The notes: a model not told the origin generated them from the letters alone. Numbered from the whole stretch's first letter, positions 12,281 to 26,310 are shown. The stretch: 63,124 nucleotides of DNA, filler included, from Choristocarpus tenellus KU-1152 (GCA_964200185.2; 11 parts of 11 records of this genome joined end to end with filler, not necessarily neighbours in it), one strand, 5' to 3'. A program made the numbers and translations.

Positions 12281-12541
12281 GAGCCAAAGTATCCGAGAGG
12301 GTACGATTTTTTCCCTGTTTGTCCATTTGGGGCTTGGCTTCCCACGCGTTCTTATGATGGCATTTTAACTACCCCAAAATCTTTCCGAGTAGATTAAATG
12401 TGTAAGTTTTGAAAAGGAGTGTTCAGAACAAGGATATTGGCATCTCCTAACAAACATGATAGCCAAAAATACATTAAAATTGCAACATTGGATTTTGACC
12501 CCCAAATGGACGCGGCCCTACCCTCTAAGATACTTTGGATC
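12281..12541 (+). mobile_element. MITE family A, complete copy
   Basis: GAGCCAAAGTATCCGAGAGGGTA...TACCCTCTAAGATACTTTGGATC; 4-bp TSD AGTA. Confidence 0.93.
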
Positions 12542-12809
12542 AGTAAGTACGACCATCCTCCATAGCACTTACTCATTGAGTAATGGAGAGCTTACATAGC
12601 TTACACTGCAGCAGCAGTACTGTTGTCCGTTGACGCTATGCTTGTTGAAGTTATCTAAATTGAGATAAACATCTCATAAACTAACGGAAGCATTGAGCAC
12701 TCTACTTGAATATGGAATTTATATGCTATACTACTATCAAAGCTCTTCTTCTCCCTTCTCAGAGGAACTAGCGACTCAGATATTCTTCATGACATCTTGT
12801 TAAAATAGA

Positions 12810-13440
12810 GGGCACTCATCCTTTGTGTTCTTGATATGGTACATTTTTTCCAGTTTTACTGACTCTTGATTTGCACACCAGTACTGGTCGATACTCTAAT
12901 TTACATCATCGGAACCTCATCATAGCATCATCAATCACTGTTAGAACGCCATGGTGCATAGGAAGCATGGAACAGTTGCCACCTATCAAACACACAAGCA
13001 TAGTATGTGCCATATGAGTTATCACAGATATTGATTCAAGTTGTTTCTTTGATTCGTATTTTCTCTACATCAGAATCACCAGTTGTATATCATATATCGA
13101 AAATTATTTTTTTTCTCGTCGGCATTGTACCCACATAAGACATTAAGGTCACTCTGCATTAACTGAACCTGATACACACCTGGATGTCATAAAGTCAGAG
13201 TGAAAACATCCTCTAAAACCCTTCTTCACAAGGAGACAAGGCTCTACTCAGAGCATGCATATCTTCCTTTAAGCGTCTCAAGGAATACCCACAACTTTGT
13301 GCCAAATAACCTCCGACTGTGCACACCATGTCACTAGGTTCATCAGAGTGAATTCACCAGTGCTACACTGCACTATGACACCTTAAACCTGTCACTGCAC
13401 AAGAAAGCATTATTGATTTAATCTCAGGCTTCAACAGGTA
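12810..13440 (+). repeat. Dispersed ~600-bp repeat, copy 1 (unclassified, probably a decayed TE)
   Basis: Aligns along its length with 25155-25780 (direct) and 27410-28030 (inverted), e.g. CATGGTRCATAGGAAGCAT and AACCTGTCACTGCACAAGAA. Confidence 0.8.
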
Positions 13441-13469
13441 ATGAGCCTCAACACAGAAACAACCCACAC

Positions 13470-15403
13470 GACCTGGTCTTGTAGTACCTGCCACTTTCAC
13501 CATATGAGACAATCATACCGCATCTTCATGGAACACACCCTGAAACTCCCCATCTTCTCTGATGACTATTTCTCATCGCACTCCTTTAAACTGGACTTCG
13601 TGGGAATCATGATCTGTGTGGCGCTTCGGGCCTATCGCATCCTGTCCTGAGTATTTCCTGACCATCCATCACCACCACCCCCACAACCACTAGCACCATA
13701 ACCTCCACATCTACCTATGCAGAAGACAACGACCAGGTGTTCGGCATACTTCTTACCACCTGTCGTGGACCTGCCAAAGACCCAGTAGCACGATGAGTCC
13801 GACCTCAACGATGGCCTCTCCGCTTGATATGTACTCAAGACCAAGTACAAGGTGGCAACTGAACAACGGATGCGTGCTGTCCATCACCGTTTTGAGCAGT
13901 GAATGATGGAACGTGGCGAGGATCCTGATAAATGGCTTCTCCGGCTCGACAGGGCCAAGGCAGAACTGAAAGGCTTTGGGGAAACCATCAGCGACTTCCG
14001 CCCGTGGGCTGCCCTACTCACAGCACCTCATGCTGTTGCACCGCCCAGGGGTATCTGGTATTCCTATCACATGACACCAACCCACACCGACCAAGAATGC
14101 CGCACAAAGTGCCAACAGCAACATCACCACCTTAACCCCCCGCCCTCTGCCCTACCCTCATCCACCCCTACTCACACAGCCACTACCTCCATCACTACAT
14201 CCACCCTGCTCAACGGGTGGGTTAGGATCCCCACGACCTCTGTTCCTACTGCTTTTCCACCATCACCAACACATCCACACCATCCCAACGATACCTGCCC
14301 TGACCCCCTCTATTGTTGATTCTGACTGTGCCCACATGGCCAACCCCACCCTGATCCACAACCCCCACCACTCCCTATCCCATATATCACCCAACTTTCC
14401 CACTCCATCACTGTCTCCAGCATTGAGGACCACCAACTCATTGCCCTCCGGCAGGCCAACTTTACTGGACTCCTCCAACTCTGGCACACATCATCTGCCC
14501 ATTCGTCCCTTCACTGTACTGAAGGTTCCTGGTCTTGGTCGTCACCTGTACTCAACATGTACTGCGGCATCTGCAGGATGAACTACCATGATTTCCCACA
14601 CACCCCACCTACTCAACAGTGCTTCACTCGCACCCCTCCGGACCACAGCCTCCCTTGGACTTCTCCCCATGCCCCCCAACCCCATCCCCTCTGACTCTAC
14701 ACCTTACCCTCCCTGCACCCCCGACTCCACCTGTCCCAGCTTTTTCCGCCATCCTCCTCTGGCAACACCACCTTCCCCACCTTAATGAACAGGACATACA
14801 CCGCTTATCCATCCCACTGTCCAGGATTATCCTGCCACCACTCACCTACTGCCCTTCCCTCCATGTTCCCTCAACAAGTCCACCCACCAACCACACATCA
14901 AGATCTCTACTTCCACCAAGCACCCCCTTGAAGTTGTCCTCGCAGATGTTACGGGGCCTGTGTCACCTGCTTCCTTTTCTGGGAGCCACTGCACCGTCAT
15001 CTACACCAACTCATTCACCCGCATGCGACACATCTACTTCATCCCACCCTTAGGTGTTACCATTTGGACGTCATCACCCTCTCCGGCCTGTACATCAAGA
15101 CCCTACGATCCGATAACCGTGGAGAGTACACAGTCCAGGAACTAGCCACCTACTACGCCCACTATGGCATCCGCCAGGAGTTTACCAACCCCTGCACCCC
15201 CCAAGATAACGGCCTGGCTGACGTCAGTGGCGTACCATCTTCAAAGCCCAAGGTCTCCTCATCAACATCGACCTTCCCATACCATGCCTGGCACTCCTAA
15301 CACCCGGACCTATCCTGTCTCTGTGTCGTTGTTACTCGGGCCTATGTATATCATGACAGCACCCATGGGGGTAAACTAGGACCTACAGCATGGGAGGGGC
15401 GAC
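13470..15403 (+). mobile_element. Decayed Ty1/Copia relic (gag, protease, integrase)
   Basis: MERGEDPDKWLLRLDR (gag); VLKVPGLGRHLYS; LWQHHLPHLN (GAG-pre-integrase); LEVVLADVTGPV, IKTLRSDNRGEY and GIRQEFTNPCTPQDNGLA (rve core); GKLGPTAWEGRL (SH3-like). Frameshifted. Confidence 0.88.
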
Positions 15404-15826
15404 TGTTCGTAGATAGTGCTGCTGATACACATGGACACTACCGGTGGATAATACGTTATTAGGATGGAGAGCCAGTGACAGATATATAGTATATACGGAC
15501 TCATAGTGTTGATTAGTTTTTGTATCATGTTCAAGATACACTTCCTATACTTCAGACAAGTAAATAACTGATTCATAGTAATATAGTGCGGACGATTACA
15601 AACCCCACACTATAGAAATAATAATGGTAGTCTAGGCTATAGTCTTACCCACATAGTTAGTCAGCGAAATCGAGACCATAAGCCCTCTTGTAATATTAAC
15701 TTTGCTCATCTACATCAAGCTGTTCTTTGTCCTTCATTAAAGCACCAAAGCCACGGGTCCAGTGTGGGGTACTTCAACACGCTACGTAGCGGACCGATTA
15801 TTCCTGGGACGTTGTGCGAAGCGACA
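15404..15826 (+). repeat. Putative 5' LTR (TG...CA) of a second LTR retrotransposon inserted in the Copia relic
   Basis: Starts TGTTCGTAGATAGT, as does 18928; ends ...GCGACA; followed by PBS-like TGGTAGTGAGC (15831-15841) and gag. Confidence 0.55.
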
Positions 15827-15830
15827 AGAC

Positions 15831-16531
15831 TGGTAGTGAGCATTGTTATTGTGTACAAGATATCTGCCGTCAACCCCATCAGGTTTGCCAACCTCCCCAC
15901 GTTCGCCGGGAAGTAGGGAGTGGATTTCTTCGGTTTTGCGGTACATTCTTAGGTCATCCGAAATGTTTGTAGCTGCGAATTTGCGCTACTTGACCCTGAC
16001 GTAGTCTGTGAAGGGTCGATTTGGACGTGGAGTCAACGAAGGCTGCACCCAAGTTCAAAGGATAGTGCGTGAGTGCTTCAGCCGCCACAGTAATATTAGG
16101 AGATGGTATGCCACTGCATCAGCGCTTAACCTCTCCAATCGTGGAGATGGATGGCGAAAACCCAATGATCACGCCCTTGCTTCAGGAAGGAGGGTGAGTA
16201 GTAAAGCAGCTGGTAGAAAGGGTCGAGGAAAGGGCCGCGTGCTCTGTTTTTTGTGTGACAAAGATGGCCACACCAAGTACAACTGCTCCGACCTCGATTG
16301 GGCTACAAGATTTGGGGGAAGATAAAGACCAAGATGGAAGATGTGCGAGATGCACAGGGCTAGGTCACGAAATGAGCGAATATCCCCTGACTGTTCGAGC
16401 CAGGGAGAGGACAAGAAGACCTTCTGGAAGGGGGGCTAAGGAGGGATCGCATATGGTATCGACCACAACTCCTCCCCCAACCGAATCTCGAGAGGTGGAA
16501 GACATCAGTTCGAGACTGGAAAGGTTGGAAG
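15831..16531 (+). mobile_element. PBS-like site and decayed gag with two zinc knuckles
   Basis: CFLCDKDGHTKYNC (CX2CX4HX4C) and a degenerate CARCTGLGHEMSEY; truncated by the contig end. Confidence 0.75.
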
Positions 16532-16631
16532 NNNNNNNNNNNNNNNNNNNNNNNNNNNNNNNNNNNNNNNNNNNNTTAATTAATTAANNNNNNNNNNNNN
16601 NNNNNNNNNNNNNNNNNNNNNNNNNNNNNNN

Positions 16632-18927
16632 ACTATGGCACCGGTCGAAGTAAGAACACGGTTCGCATCACGGGGGAGATTGATCCCCGGCCTCAGGTAA
16701 AAACACCGTTGAGTCTTTTGGAAAGTCTTACGGGTTTTACTAAGACGGCAAAAACCTCGTAAGAAATTGGTAGGTCAACAGGGGTGCAGGAGTGCCGTAC
16801 CACATTTCATATGGTGATTTACAACCAGGGTTAGCCGCGGTCGATGTGCGATTGAGCGAGTCACAAAGATAGTGTTGAGCTTCAGCCCATAAGGTGTCTG
16901 TCTTGGGGATAGTGACATTGGGAAAAGGTAGTGGAGCTTGAAGGCGGGGAACTAACGAAGCTTCATCAATAATACCCAGCATACATTCAGCAACCCCATT
17001 AAATTGAGGGCTGTCTGCAGTTGTAAACTCCTGTCTTATCCCATGATCACGACAAAGAGCGCCGAAAGCACCCTCATAAAATTCCCTCCCGCTATCAGAC
17101 CGCACACACATAACCCGAGATGGAGTACCATCAGCCCGGATATCAACCAGGTACTTCTTGAAGGCTTCGGCAGCATCCGACTTAGCACGAAGGAAATACA
17201 ACCAAGAGTGAAAGTATCTTAGAGGGTACGAGTTTTGCCCTTTTTGTCCATTTGGGGATTGGCTTCCCATGGGTTCTTTTATGACATGTTCCTACTCCAA
17301 AATGTTTAGGAGTAGGTATGTGTATGTTGTGAAAAAGGTGTGTGCGGAACATAGATATTGACACTTCCTAACAAACAAGATAGCAAAAATGACATCAAAA
17401 TCGAAACATGGATTGTGGCTCCCAAATGGACGCGGCTCTACCCTCTAAGATACTTTGACTCCAAACAAAACGAGAATAATCGTCCCGGATTATCATGGAG
17501 CATTATTGTTTACCACCGATTGAAAGGGTAGCCCTCTTCCCACTTATATCGACAAAAACCCGATCCAACTTTCTTACCGCCCCTGTCGATGTGCTGGACC
17601 GGACGCCCTTCCGTATGCCCTTACTCATAGAGCAGCCCGTACATGGCTCCAGCTCACCCATCAATGTAATGCCCATTGAAGTGGCGGTGGACTTGAGCAA
17701 TGCCTCGTGTGCGTGGCCATAACAGCGATGGAAGAGGTTAATGTCGACGTCGGTGTGGGGAGCGTGGGGTGCAAGCGAGGGTGCTGCAGTGGCCTTCAAA
17801 GCAACTTCAGCATTTCGACCTGGTCGTGGCAATATGCGTTGACCATGGAGGGTGTAATGACAACCAGGATCTCTTGTGAAGTTGAGTATTCCATCTAACA
17901 ACGAGAATGTACTGGCTGTGAAAATGCCTTTCGCACCCTTTTCAGCTGCTGCTTGGCAAAAAAAAAGATTGAATCCAAGATCTGGGACATGGGCGACATT
18001 TTGGAGGAGTATTTCTACCTCCTTGTTGTCACGTGACGGAAACAAGATGTTTAGATTACCATGACCAGCAATGCAAAAGGAATTTTGGCTGTCAGTGACT
18101 ACCCTTTTGTCTCAAACACACAAGGCTTGTAATTTGTTATGCGTGTTACCATATTTGTCATGTGGCATGAAGCTGCACTGTCCAAAACATATTTTTCTTT
18201 CTCGTGGCCAACCCCAACACTTGACACCAATCATTCGTTTTCCCTACACTTGCCTGGAGCATTGCTGCTCGGTTTGTCCTCAGTGGCGGCCAGTAGTGTG
18301 TATTGCTCGTTGCCGCCACAGCTGGTGATACTTTCCACCGTAATGTGGGAAGGATTTTCCTCGGTCTCGATTTCTCTTTTTTCCAAGACTGCACTGTAGT
18401 CATGAACACCAAGTACATGTTGTAGCATCATGGGCACGTCCACCCCACTTGGTACAAATGCGGTTTGGGCAAGCTTTCTTCTCATGTCCATGCTTACCAA
18501 ACCTCTCACAAGGTATCTTCTCGGAGGAACCTTTAGGGTTGGGATTAGAACAATTCTTCTTTCTTCCACCATTAAATTTACGTTCGACCCCGCGACCTTG
18601 GCCATTGCGATGAGACTGACTCTTCCCCTGTGATGAGCTGTTAACAACCAGAGCGTGCCTGTTCTTTTGTCTAGAATGCATCCCCTCACGAAGGGAAGCA
18701 TATCGCTCTCTAGCAGTTTTCCCTACGTCTGCTTGACATGGTGTTCTCTGCGAGGCCATCATGCGTATCATGGTATCGTAATCTGATCCGAGAGCACTCA
18801 GGAACTGTTGGAGCAGTAGCTTGTCCGAGATGACCAGATCCATTGATAGCATCCTCCCCCGTAGCTCTTCCAAGTGGTATAAGGTCAGGATCGGATTCGC
18901 CCCCTTCTCCACCTTTGAAGTGAAAAA
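16632..18927 (-). mobile_element. Ty1/Copia relic (gag, protease, integrase) interrupted by a MITE
   Basis: Gag QFLSALGSDYD; knuckle-like CERFGKHGHEKKAC; protease VLDSAASCHMT; LFHRCYGH...CTGC; integrase VFVDISG, DDYSRFVW|LYFLRAKSDA, VRSDSGREF, EFTTADSPQFNGVAE, SPYEMWYG. Confidence 0.93.
17206..17461 (+). mobile_element. MITE family A, complete copy inside a Copia integrase
   Basis: GAGTGAAAGTATCTTAGAGGGTA...TACCCTCTAAGATACTTTGACTC. Removing it plus one CAA restores the in-frame integrase peptide R-F-V-W-L-Y-F. Confidence 0.95.
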
Positions 18928-19110
18928 TGTTCGTAGATAGTACTGCTGACACACTATAGACACCATCGGTGGAGTAGATTAGGAAATTTCAGACACCACT
19001 GGTGGAGTAATGGAGGAAAGGTAGAGTCAGATATTACGTTTCCGTATAATTCAGTTGAGCTTTACACAATATTCATGTACGGTAGGGACCTGATTGCTTG
19101 ATGTCTGTAA
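18928..19110 (+). repeat. LTR-like fragment related to 15404-15826, truncating the Copia gag
   Basis: TGTTCGTAGATAGTACTGCTGACACAC nearly identical to the start at 15404; right boundary approximate. Confidence 0.55.
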
Positions 19111-19646
19111 AGTGATTGATTAAAGTTAAGTGGGGCATGCAGCACCCCATAAAATCATAAATATTTTCTTTTATAAGCGAACTTTTCTCATACAGTACCT
19201 ACCCCGAATTTGTTCACCCATGGGCATGCCCGAAAAAAAACGGCACAGAATTGATGTGGTACAAAATCTATTTGTAGGAATTAATCGTGGTTAGCTGGGA
19301 AATCAATCGTGGAATCGAGTAATTAATCGTGGTGAGCTGGGAAATCATTCATAAGCCTCATGGATAGGATGGAAACGATTACAAGCTCTTTTTTTTAATG
19401 ATGGTTATGTGTTAATGCGCATCTTCCGCCTCGCCATAGGGAAGGATACCTTCTACCTCAGAGTCTCTTCAGTCTTTCTAAAACATATTGTCGCTCTCCT
19501 GACGTAACCTACTGTGATGCAACCNNNNNNNNNNNNNNNNNNNNNNNNNNNNNNNNNNNNNNNNNNNNTTAATTAATTAANNNNNNNNNNNNNNNNNNNN
19601 NNNNNNNNNNNNNNNNNNNNNNNNGGGGGGGGGGGGGGGGGGGGGG

Positions 19647-19681
<35 letters not shown>

Positions 19682-20755
19682 AGGGGGGAGATAATTTTTT
19701 ATTAATATTTTACACAAAACAAACTTTGCACCAGACCGGGTCAACATGATAGGAACAGGCCGTACGTAGAGCTTAGCCCGCCCCAGTGAAACTTCACGTA
19801 TGAAAGGTCCAGGGCTGTCAAAGACACTGTGACCAAATTCAAAAACGAGAGCTGGCCCTTGGCCCCCATCAAAACACAGTACAGAATATAGGGTTGGGGA
19901 ATTGGTGATAAAAGTGAACACACAACTGCTCTCGCTTCCACTGTCACCTACTACCACATTCTATTTTGGGATAGGCTAGGTATTTGACTAGGAGTGCCGA
20001 CAAAGGGAGAGAAAGTAATGGTTCCATTTTTCCACCAGTGTCACCAGAAAAAAGAAAGAAAAAAAAAAAACTTTTCCCAAAAAAAGCAATCATCACGACA
20101 CCATCCCGGCAGAGACTCATCTCCAGAAGGACACCTCACAAACAATGCTTGCAAAATCCTATCATCCCCCAAATAAAGCATTTGGGTATATATAGGAATG
20201 GGAGAAGGAGAACAGACCATCAGGGACAGTAAGAGAACATTTTGGTTCCTTGAAAGGGTTTGGGTGGGGGGGGGGGGCAGTGGTTTGGGACGGGGGAACT
20301 ATGATGCTTTACAATGGCAAAGTGTTCACTGATGATGGACCATGGAGGAGTGGGAGGTAAGAACGCCTTAATGACAGTATGACTGAGATTGACCACAGGA
20401 AGAGGTAAGATATGCAGAGATGCAGGCAGTGTGTCCGCTGGAAACATATCAGGAGGTATGGGATATGCTACAGACAAAGAATAACAAAGGCATAAAAAAA
20501 ATACTTAAGAAGATAAGAAAAGCACTTATCGTTATAAATCTCTCTCAAGAGTCAACACTTCAGTACGAGGTTACGCATTAAAAAAAATAAAAAAATGTGT
20601 TAAATATTAACTATTAAACCAGCAACAACACTCACTACACATGCCACAGGTGCGCCATAAAGAAGCGGTGACAACACGACACATGTAGGGTGCTCACCAC
20701 ATGCACGTGCTCAAAACGCACGAGCACAGGAAAATGCACAAACAAACACGCATCA

Positions 20756-21352
<597 letters not shown>

Positions 21353-22288
21353 CTACTATGTCCAACGAAAAGTGGTAATGTGTGGTGTTTGATGATAACC
21401 AAGACATCAAAATGTTACTCCTCCACACACAGGGCTCATTATTGCACTGCAATCAATGCCGAACCAGAACAATGATATGCAATAGTGGAGTGTAGTGCCT
21501 TGGGAAAGAAGCACGCCTAAGTATCTTGAGAAAATCACAGCGCGGCATTCTTTAAAATCGTCTGTAGACTTAGCCACACTGATTGCACTAGCAACGCACT
21601 CCCAGCCGAAACTATCATCATCATCCCGATGTAGAATAGGGTTGAACCCTAAACCTAATCCTCTAGAAAAAATTTAAAAAAAAAAACAAAAAAAAAACGA
21701 ACCGATAGTAAGGAGGCGTGTTGTGTTCTGTTACCTACGTAACACACACCCACAGTGTCTAAAAAATAAAAATAAAAACACGCTACACACAATAGACAAC
21801 ACGCACACACACCACCACCACCTCTAGAAAAAGAACTTAAAAAAATATACGGAGATTGCCTTCAGTTCCTATTTCATCCCCTCCTTCATTTCATTGCATG
21901 CCACGCCACCTGTGTCAGTTTTTCACAGCAGGTCCTGAGCTTCTCGCGATGGTGGTGTGTACCATGTACTGAAAGTTCAGGAGAAACACTAGTGTTCCTC
22001 TCATTTGATTCGCAAGTTGGTCACTTGTGTCATAGCTGTAGTGCACCGGCATCTCCAATCCAATCCCAACCAAACTACCCTCATGTTTTACTATCACCAC
22101 CAAGCTCTCTTGGAATGAAAAGTGAGCATTATTTGTTTATGCTATAATTCGTACCACTATTATTATTATTATTATTATTATTATACAGCAGTATCAAATC
22201 ACCCCCTGTCCTTTTTATTATTATTATTTTCAATAATAATGAACGCCACAAGAACAACAATGAGAACAACAATCACGATACTTACTGC

Positions 22289-22348
22289 AAGAACAATTAC
22301 GAAAATAATAAGAACAATTACGAAAATAATAAGAACAATTACGAAAAT
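22289..22348. repeat. 21-bp minisatellite (AAGAACAATTACGAAAATAAT) x ~3
   Basis: Direct tandem copies in the BEACH-gene intron. Confidence 0.9.
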
Positions 22349-22510
22349 GACAACGGTGATGTGATACTAAGAAGGGAAAAAAGAGCACAATCCAAAATAA
22401 GAAAAACATGAAGCAAATAATTACGGTGAGAAGGGGAGAAATGAATGATACATGCACTTGAAAAGCACAATATTTAAAAAAAATATAATGATCATGATCA
22501 CCAATCACAC

Positions 22511-22588
22511 CTGGGTGACACCTAGAGGTAGGTCGTCTACATTGGTCAAGAACGAACCATCCCCCGCATAAAACTCCGGCACCAGCTC
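22511..22588 (-). CDS. BEACH-domain protein exon
   Basis: CAG|ELVPEFYAGDGSFLTNVDDLPLGVTQ|GT; ELxPEFY motif; phase 0 joins exon 20774-20974. Confidence 0.93.
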
Positions 22589-23679
22589 CTGGAAAGATGT
22601 CCACGTATGTATGAGGGGGGTGGGGAGGTGGGGTAGCATAGGACTCAAGATATAGGAGTTGAGAACAACCCAGCAAAAAAATAGATGATCAAATTGATGG
22701 ATGGATGGATGGATGGACAGGTGTATGAACAACGCTCCTTTTTCGGTGCATTTTCACAGTCAATTCGGCAATAGAAGTCACTCTAGGCAGGTGATCCAGA
22801 AATTTACACGCATCTTCTGATGGACAGAACAACCCTTTACTTTTCTTTTCCTATTGGACTTCTACTGTATAAAATGCCTTGAAATTGCGGCATTTTATAC
22901 CCCTCACCAGTACCCCCTCCTAGTCCACCAGAAGGGTAGAGACGGAACATGTGAAGCACGATTCATCTAGATTACAAAAAAAAAGGTGTATCATATGGTC
23001 ACGCGCAGAACAAAAACGCACGCGCATATGTACGTATGTAAAAAAAAACAACCTGCTCTCAGTTAATACTTTCAAGAAGTGATATCAGTACACACCGTCA
23101 TTGCAAAAATTTGTCAAGATACTCCTACCCCAAGAGTACGGAACGACTATCTATAGAACCTTAACCCTAACCCTATCCACTCATAAACCAAACACTACTA
23201 TAAACCTACCAAGAACACACACACACATCCCTAACCCTTTTGCTAACTCTAGCCTCCCAATACATGGGTGGCACACGAGCACGAGCACACGCTCGCGCGC
23301 GCGCGCGCGTGTGTGTGTATGCATACAGAGGGTTAGGGAAAAGGTAATGTTAACAGATAACAACAAGTGATGACGATTGTAGAATCACGCTACCAATGAG
23401 AATATCATCTGACTCCGTAGTGAGCACACCAGGAAGCCTACATACCAACCACAACCAACTCACCTCTCAAATCAAATCACCACTAGACCCAAAACACTGC
23501 CACGCCCTTCACAAAAATAAAAAATAAAAATCAACTCCGAAAGACACATCCTCTACCTCCCTAAAAATAAAAAACCTTCACGTACTCTCTTACCCCAAAC
23601 CGTCCACACATAAACCCCCCACCCCACCCCACCCCACAATACAAAGGCATCACCACCCTCCTCTTCTTCTGTCTCTCAC

Positions 23680-23829
23680 CTCAAAGCGGTGCTTGATTGC
23701 CTCAATGCGATCCGCCTTCGTCGCTGCTGCGCTCCTACCAAAGGCCCCACGACTCGGGAAAAACGCCCACTCCCTAACACAGGCCTCCCAGGCCTCCTCA
23801 AACTCCTCAGGCGATGCCAGGATCCCGTC
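23680..23829 (-). CDS. CDC5L: Exon of CDC5L/Cef1 pre-mRNA splicing factor (C-terminal region); not in the supplied ORF track
   Basis: TAG|DGILASPEEFEEAWEACVREWAFFPSRGAFGRSAAATKADRIEAIKHRFE|GTGAG matches the CDC5L segment S.E....WE.C......P......R...A.K.DRIE....R.E as I recall it. Acceptor position less certain. Confidence 0.78.
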
Positions 23830-24374
23830 CTACCTCATGCGTTGGCGTGGGGGGATACAAGCAAGTGAGACATCGTCGGGTACACGGGGGGGAGGGGGGG
23901 GGGGAATGGGGGTGAGGGATGTTCGGCAGGTAGGATCGAGAGCCAACTTGCACAGCACCCTAAACCTTACAAAAAGAGTTGGGGTGAACAAAAGCATGTG
24001 AGTCTTGAATGACAAAAATCGAAGGGTATAACTGTCACCACGTGCACAACCCGAGGGACGGGTGGAATCGGGGTTAGGGTTAACGAAAGCGAAGCCAGCC
24101 ATGCCGTACGGACGCAGTCTTTTGTTGTTGCTGTTATAGTTATTGAAACTGTCGTTCTTGTTCTTGAGGGTGTGTAACTTGAGCATATACCTTACAAACT
24201 GGAAGGTAGAAGTTTTCAACTACTATTTTGACCCCCCCCCCCCCTTCCCCCCCACCTAACCCTAACCCATATAANNNNNNNNNNNNNNNNNNNNNNNNNN
24301 NNNNNNNNNNNNNNNNNNTTAATTAATTAANNNNNNNNNNNNNNNNNNNNNNNNNNNNNNNNNNNNNNNNNNNN

Positions 24375-24433
24375 CAAATCACACCAAAAAAGTGAAAACG
24401 GACGCCGACACCCCCCCCCAGATACTTTTACCC
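24375..24433 (+). mobile_element. Right end of a MITE B/C-type element at a contig start
   Basis: CAAATCAC...AAAACGGACGCC...CCCCAGATACTTTTACCC, matching the 46120-46197 terminus. Confidence 0.8.
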
Positions 24434-25154
24434 TGTTTCTGAACCCGTGGGGCACCCAACAAAAACATAACAAACTGATCTGCATATTGTGTATCACACG
24501 AGGAATTTGTGTAAATCCAGGAAGCATGGGCCAGAATATACCACGAGCATACTTCATCATAACAAAACTTGACTTGCAACTACTCCGCATTTATTGACCA
24601 GAAGTTCATCATTCATCACCGTTGACATCCATGGGAGTCGTGTCCCCACCAAGTCCTTCTCCAGCTCCAGGTCCAGTCGTCTCTTCCTTTCCTCCATCTG
24701 ACAACTCCATGCTCTGGGCGTCACTTTCAACCTCCTTATCAGAGGCCTTCTCGATACGTGCCCTGCGGTCCACAACTCTGTGACCCCCTGTGGTTATTTC
24801 CATTTGCACCCCGTGTGGTAGCATTCACGAAAACTCCTCATCATCACCAGCTGCAACTTCTTCGTGTACCGAACAGTTGTCTCGCTGACAACAATATATA
24901 ATACTGCCCTGGTTGCACATGTCTCCTTTCCCGTTATGACTATGTAGTTGAGCTATGTCTAGACCAGGACCTGTACTATCCTGGGCATAAAAACGCTGTG
25001 ACACTCCATGTACGTCCTCGTACGCTGAGGACTGCCGAGGGAATGGAAGGTGTCGCACAAAGTTAGTCTTGTACTCTGTGGCACTTACTTGTCTCTGTGA
25101 TAGTACACACGGTATGAGCACTAACTCTTCAAAATTGTCATGGTAGTGATAAAT

Positions 25155-25780
25155 CATAGGGTACTCATCTGCTTTGTTCTTGATACGATAAAGTATCGCC
25201 AGTTCATACCGACTGTTGATTTGCCTGTTAGTACTGGTAACTACTCTCACTTACATTATTAGCACCTCCTCATAACACCATCAACTATTGTTAGAACATC
25301 ATGGTACATAGGAAGCATAGAACAGTCGCTACCTATTAAACATACAGCTACAGTATTTGTCATATGATTTACCACAGATATTGGTTCAAGTTTGTTCTTG
25401 TTTCTTTGTTTCTTCTTCACGTCAGAGCCTCCACTTGTACATCATATGTTGATTGTTCTTTTTCTGGCTGGCATTGCCCACTACTAAGACATCAAGCTCA
25501 CTCTGCGTTAAGTGTACCTGATACACATCTGGATGCAATATACCCAGAGTTAAAACATGCTCAGAAACCCTTCTTCAAAGTGACAAGTTCCTACTCAAAG
25601 CATGCATTCCTTCCTTCAAGGATCCCAAGGAATAACCTCGATTTCACATCAAACAACCTCATCAGGTTCATCAGAACAAATTCACCAGTTCTTTACTGCA
25701 CTATGACATCCCCCTTCCATAAAAACCTGTCACTGCACAAGAAAGCACGATTCATTCGAATTCAAGTTTTCCTCAACAGA
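25155..25780 (+). repeat. Dispersed ~600-bp repeat, copy 2
   Basis: Aligns with 12810-13440 and, inverted, with 27410-28030. Confidence 0.82.
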
Positions 25781-26074
25781 TTGACTTGCGGGTTGTATGG
25801 AAGCCAAGTTTGAGGTAGGTGGAGGGTTAGGGATATGTTTGGAGGATGAAAGTGGGCTACTTGGCATAGGACAAGAGTACTCGCACATTATGAGATATGC
25901 TGCACTATTGTTGATTAAAATCAGTGTTTAGTAGAGAGTGATATGGAGGACATGTGTAGTCCCTGTATATGTAGTGGGTTACAAGTGTGAGATGATAGAT
26001 GGTGGCGTGGAACGTGTGTACATCTTGACAAGTCACATTTGCCAATACTCACTGCAACATCCAAATCGTAGATG

Positions 26075-26310
26075 CAAGTCAAAGAACTCTCAAGACTGAG
26101 TCGAGATCCATACCGTCATGATTCAAGGAATCTTCAATGGAGGGGGGCATGTCTTGCCTGGAACAGGTTCTGACCTGTTTACCAGACTGACCCTTACTTG
26201 GTTTTCCACAGGATTCTGCACAACAGGGACAGATAAAGAGGTCACGGACAGGAACCATTGAGGGAACACTCTTTGGAAGTACTTCACAACAATGGTGTGT
26301 GAAAAAGACC
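26075..26310 (-). repeat. Diverged ~230-bp repeat encoding a Cys-rich peptide; second copy at 28048-28280
   Basis: Minus-strand peptides HCCEVLPKSVPSMVPVRDLFICPCCAESCGKPSK and RCCELLPENVPSPVPFCDFVVCPCCAGSSGKPSK. Confidence 0.7.

Noticed and set aside
24434-24580. IQEAWARI peptide as a Tc1/mariner C-terminal remnant
   Set aside because: Too short; no catalytic motifs confirmed.
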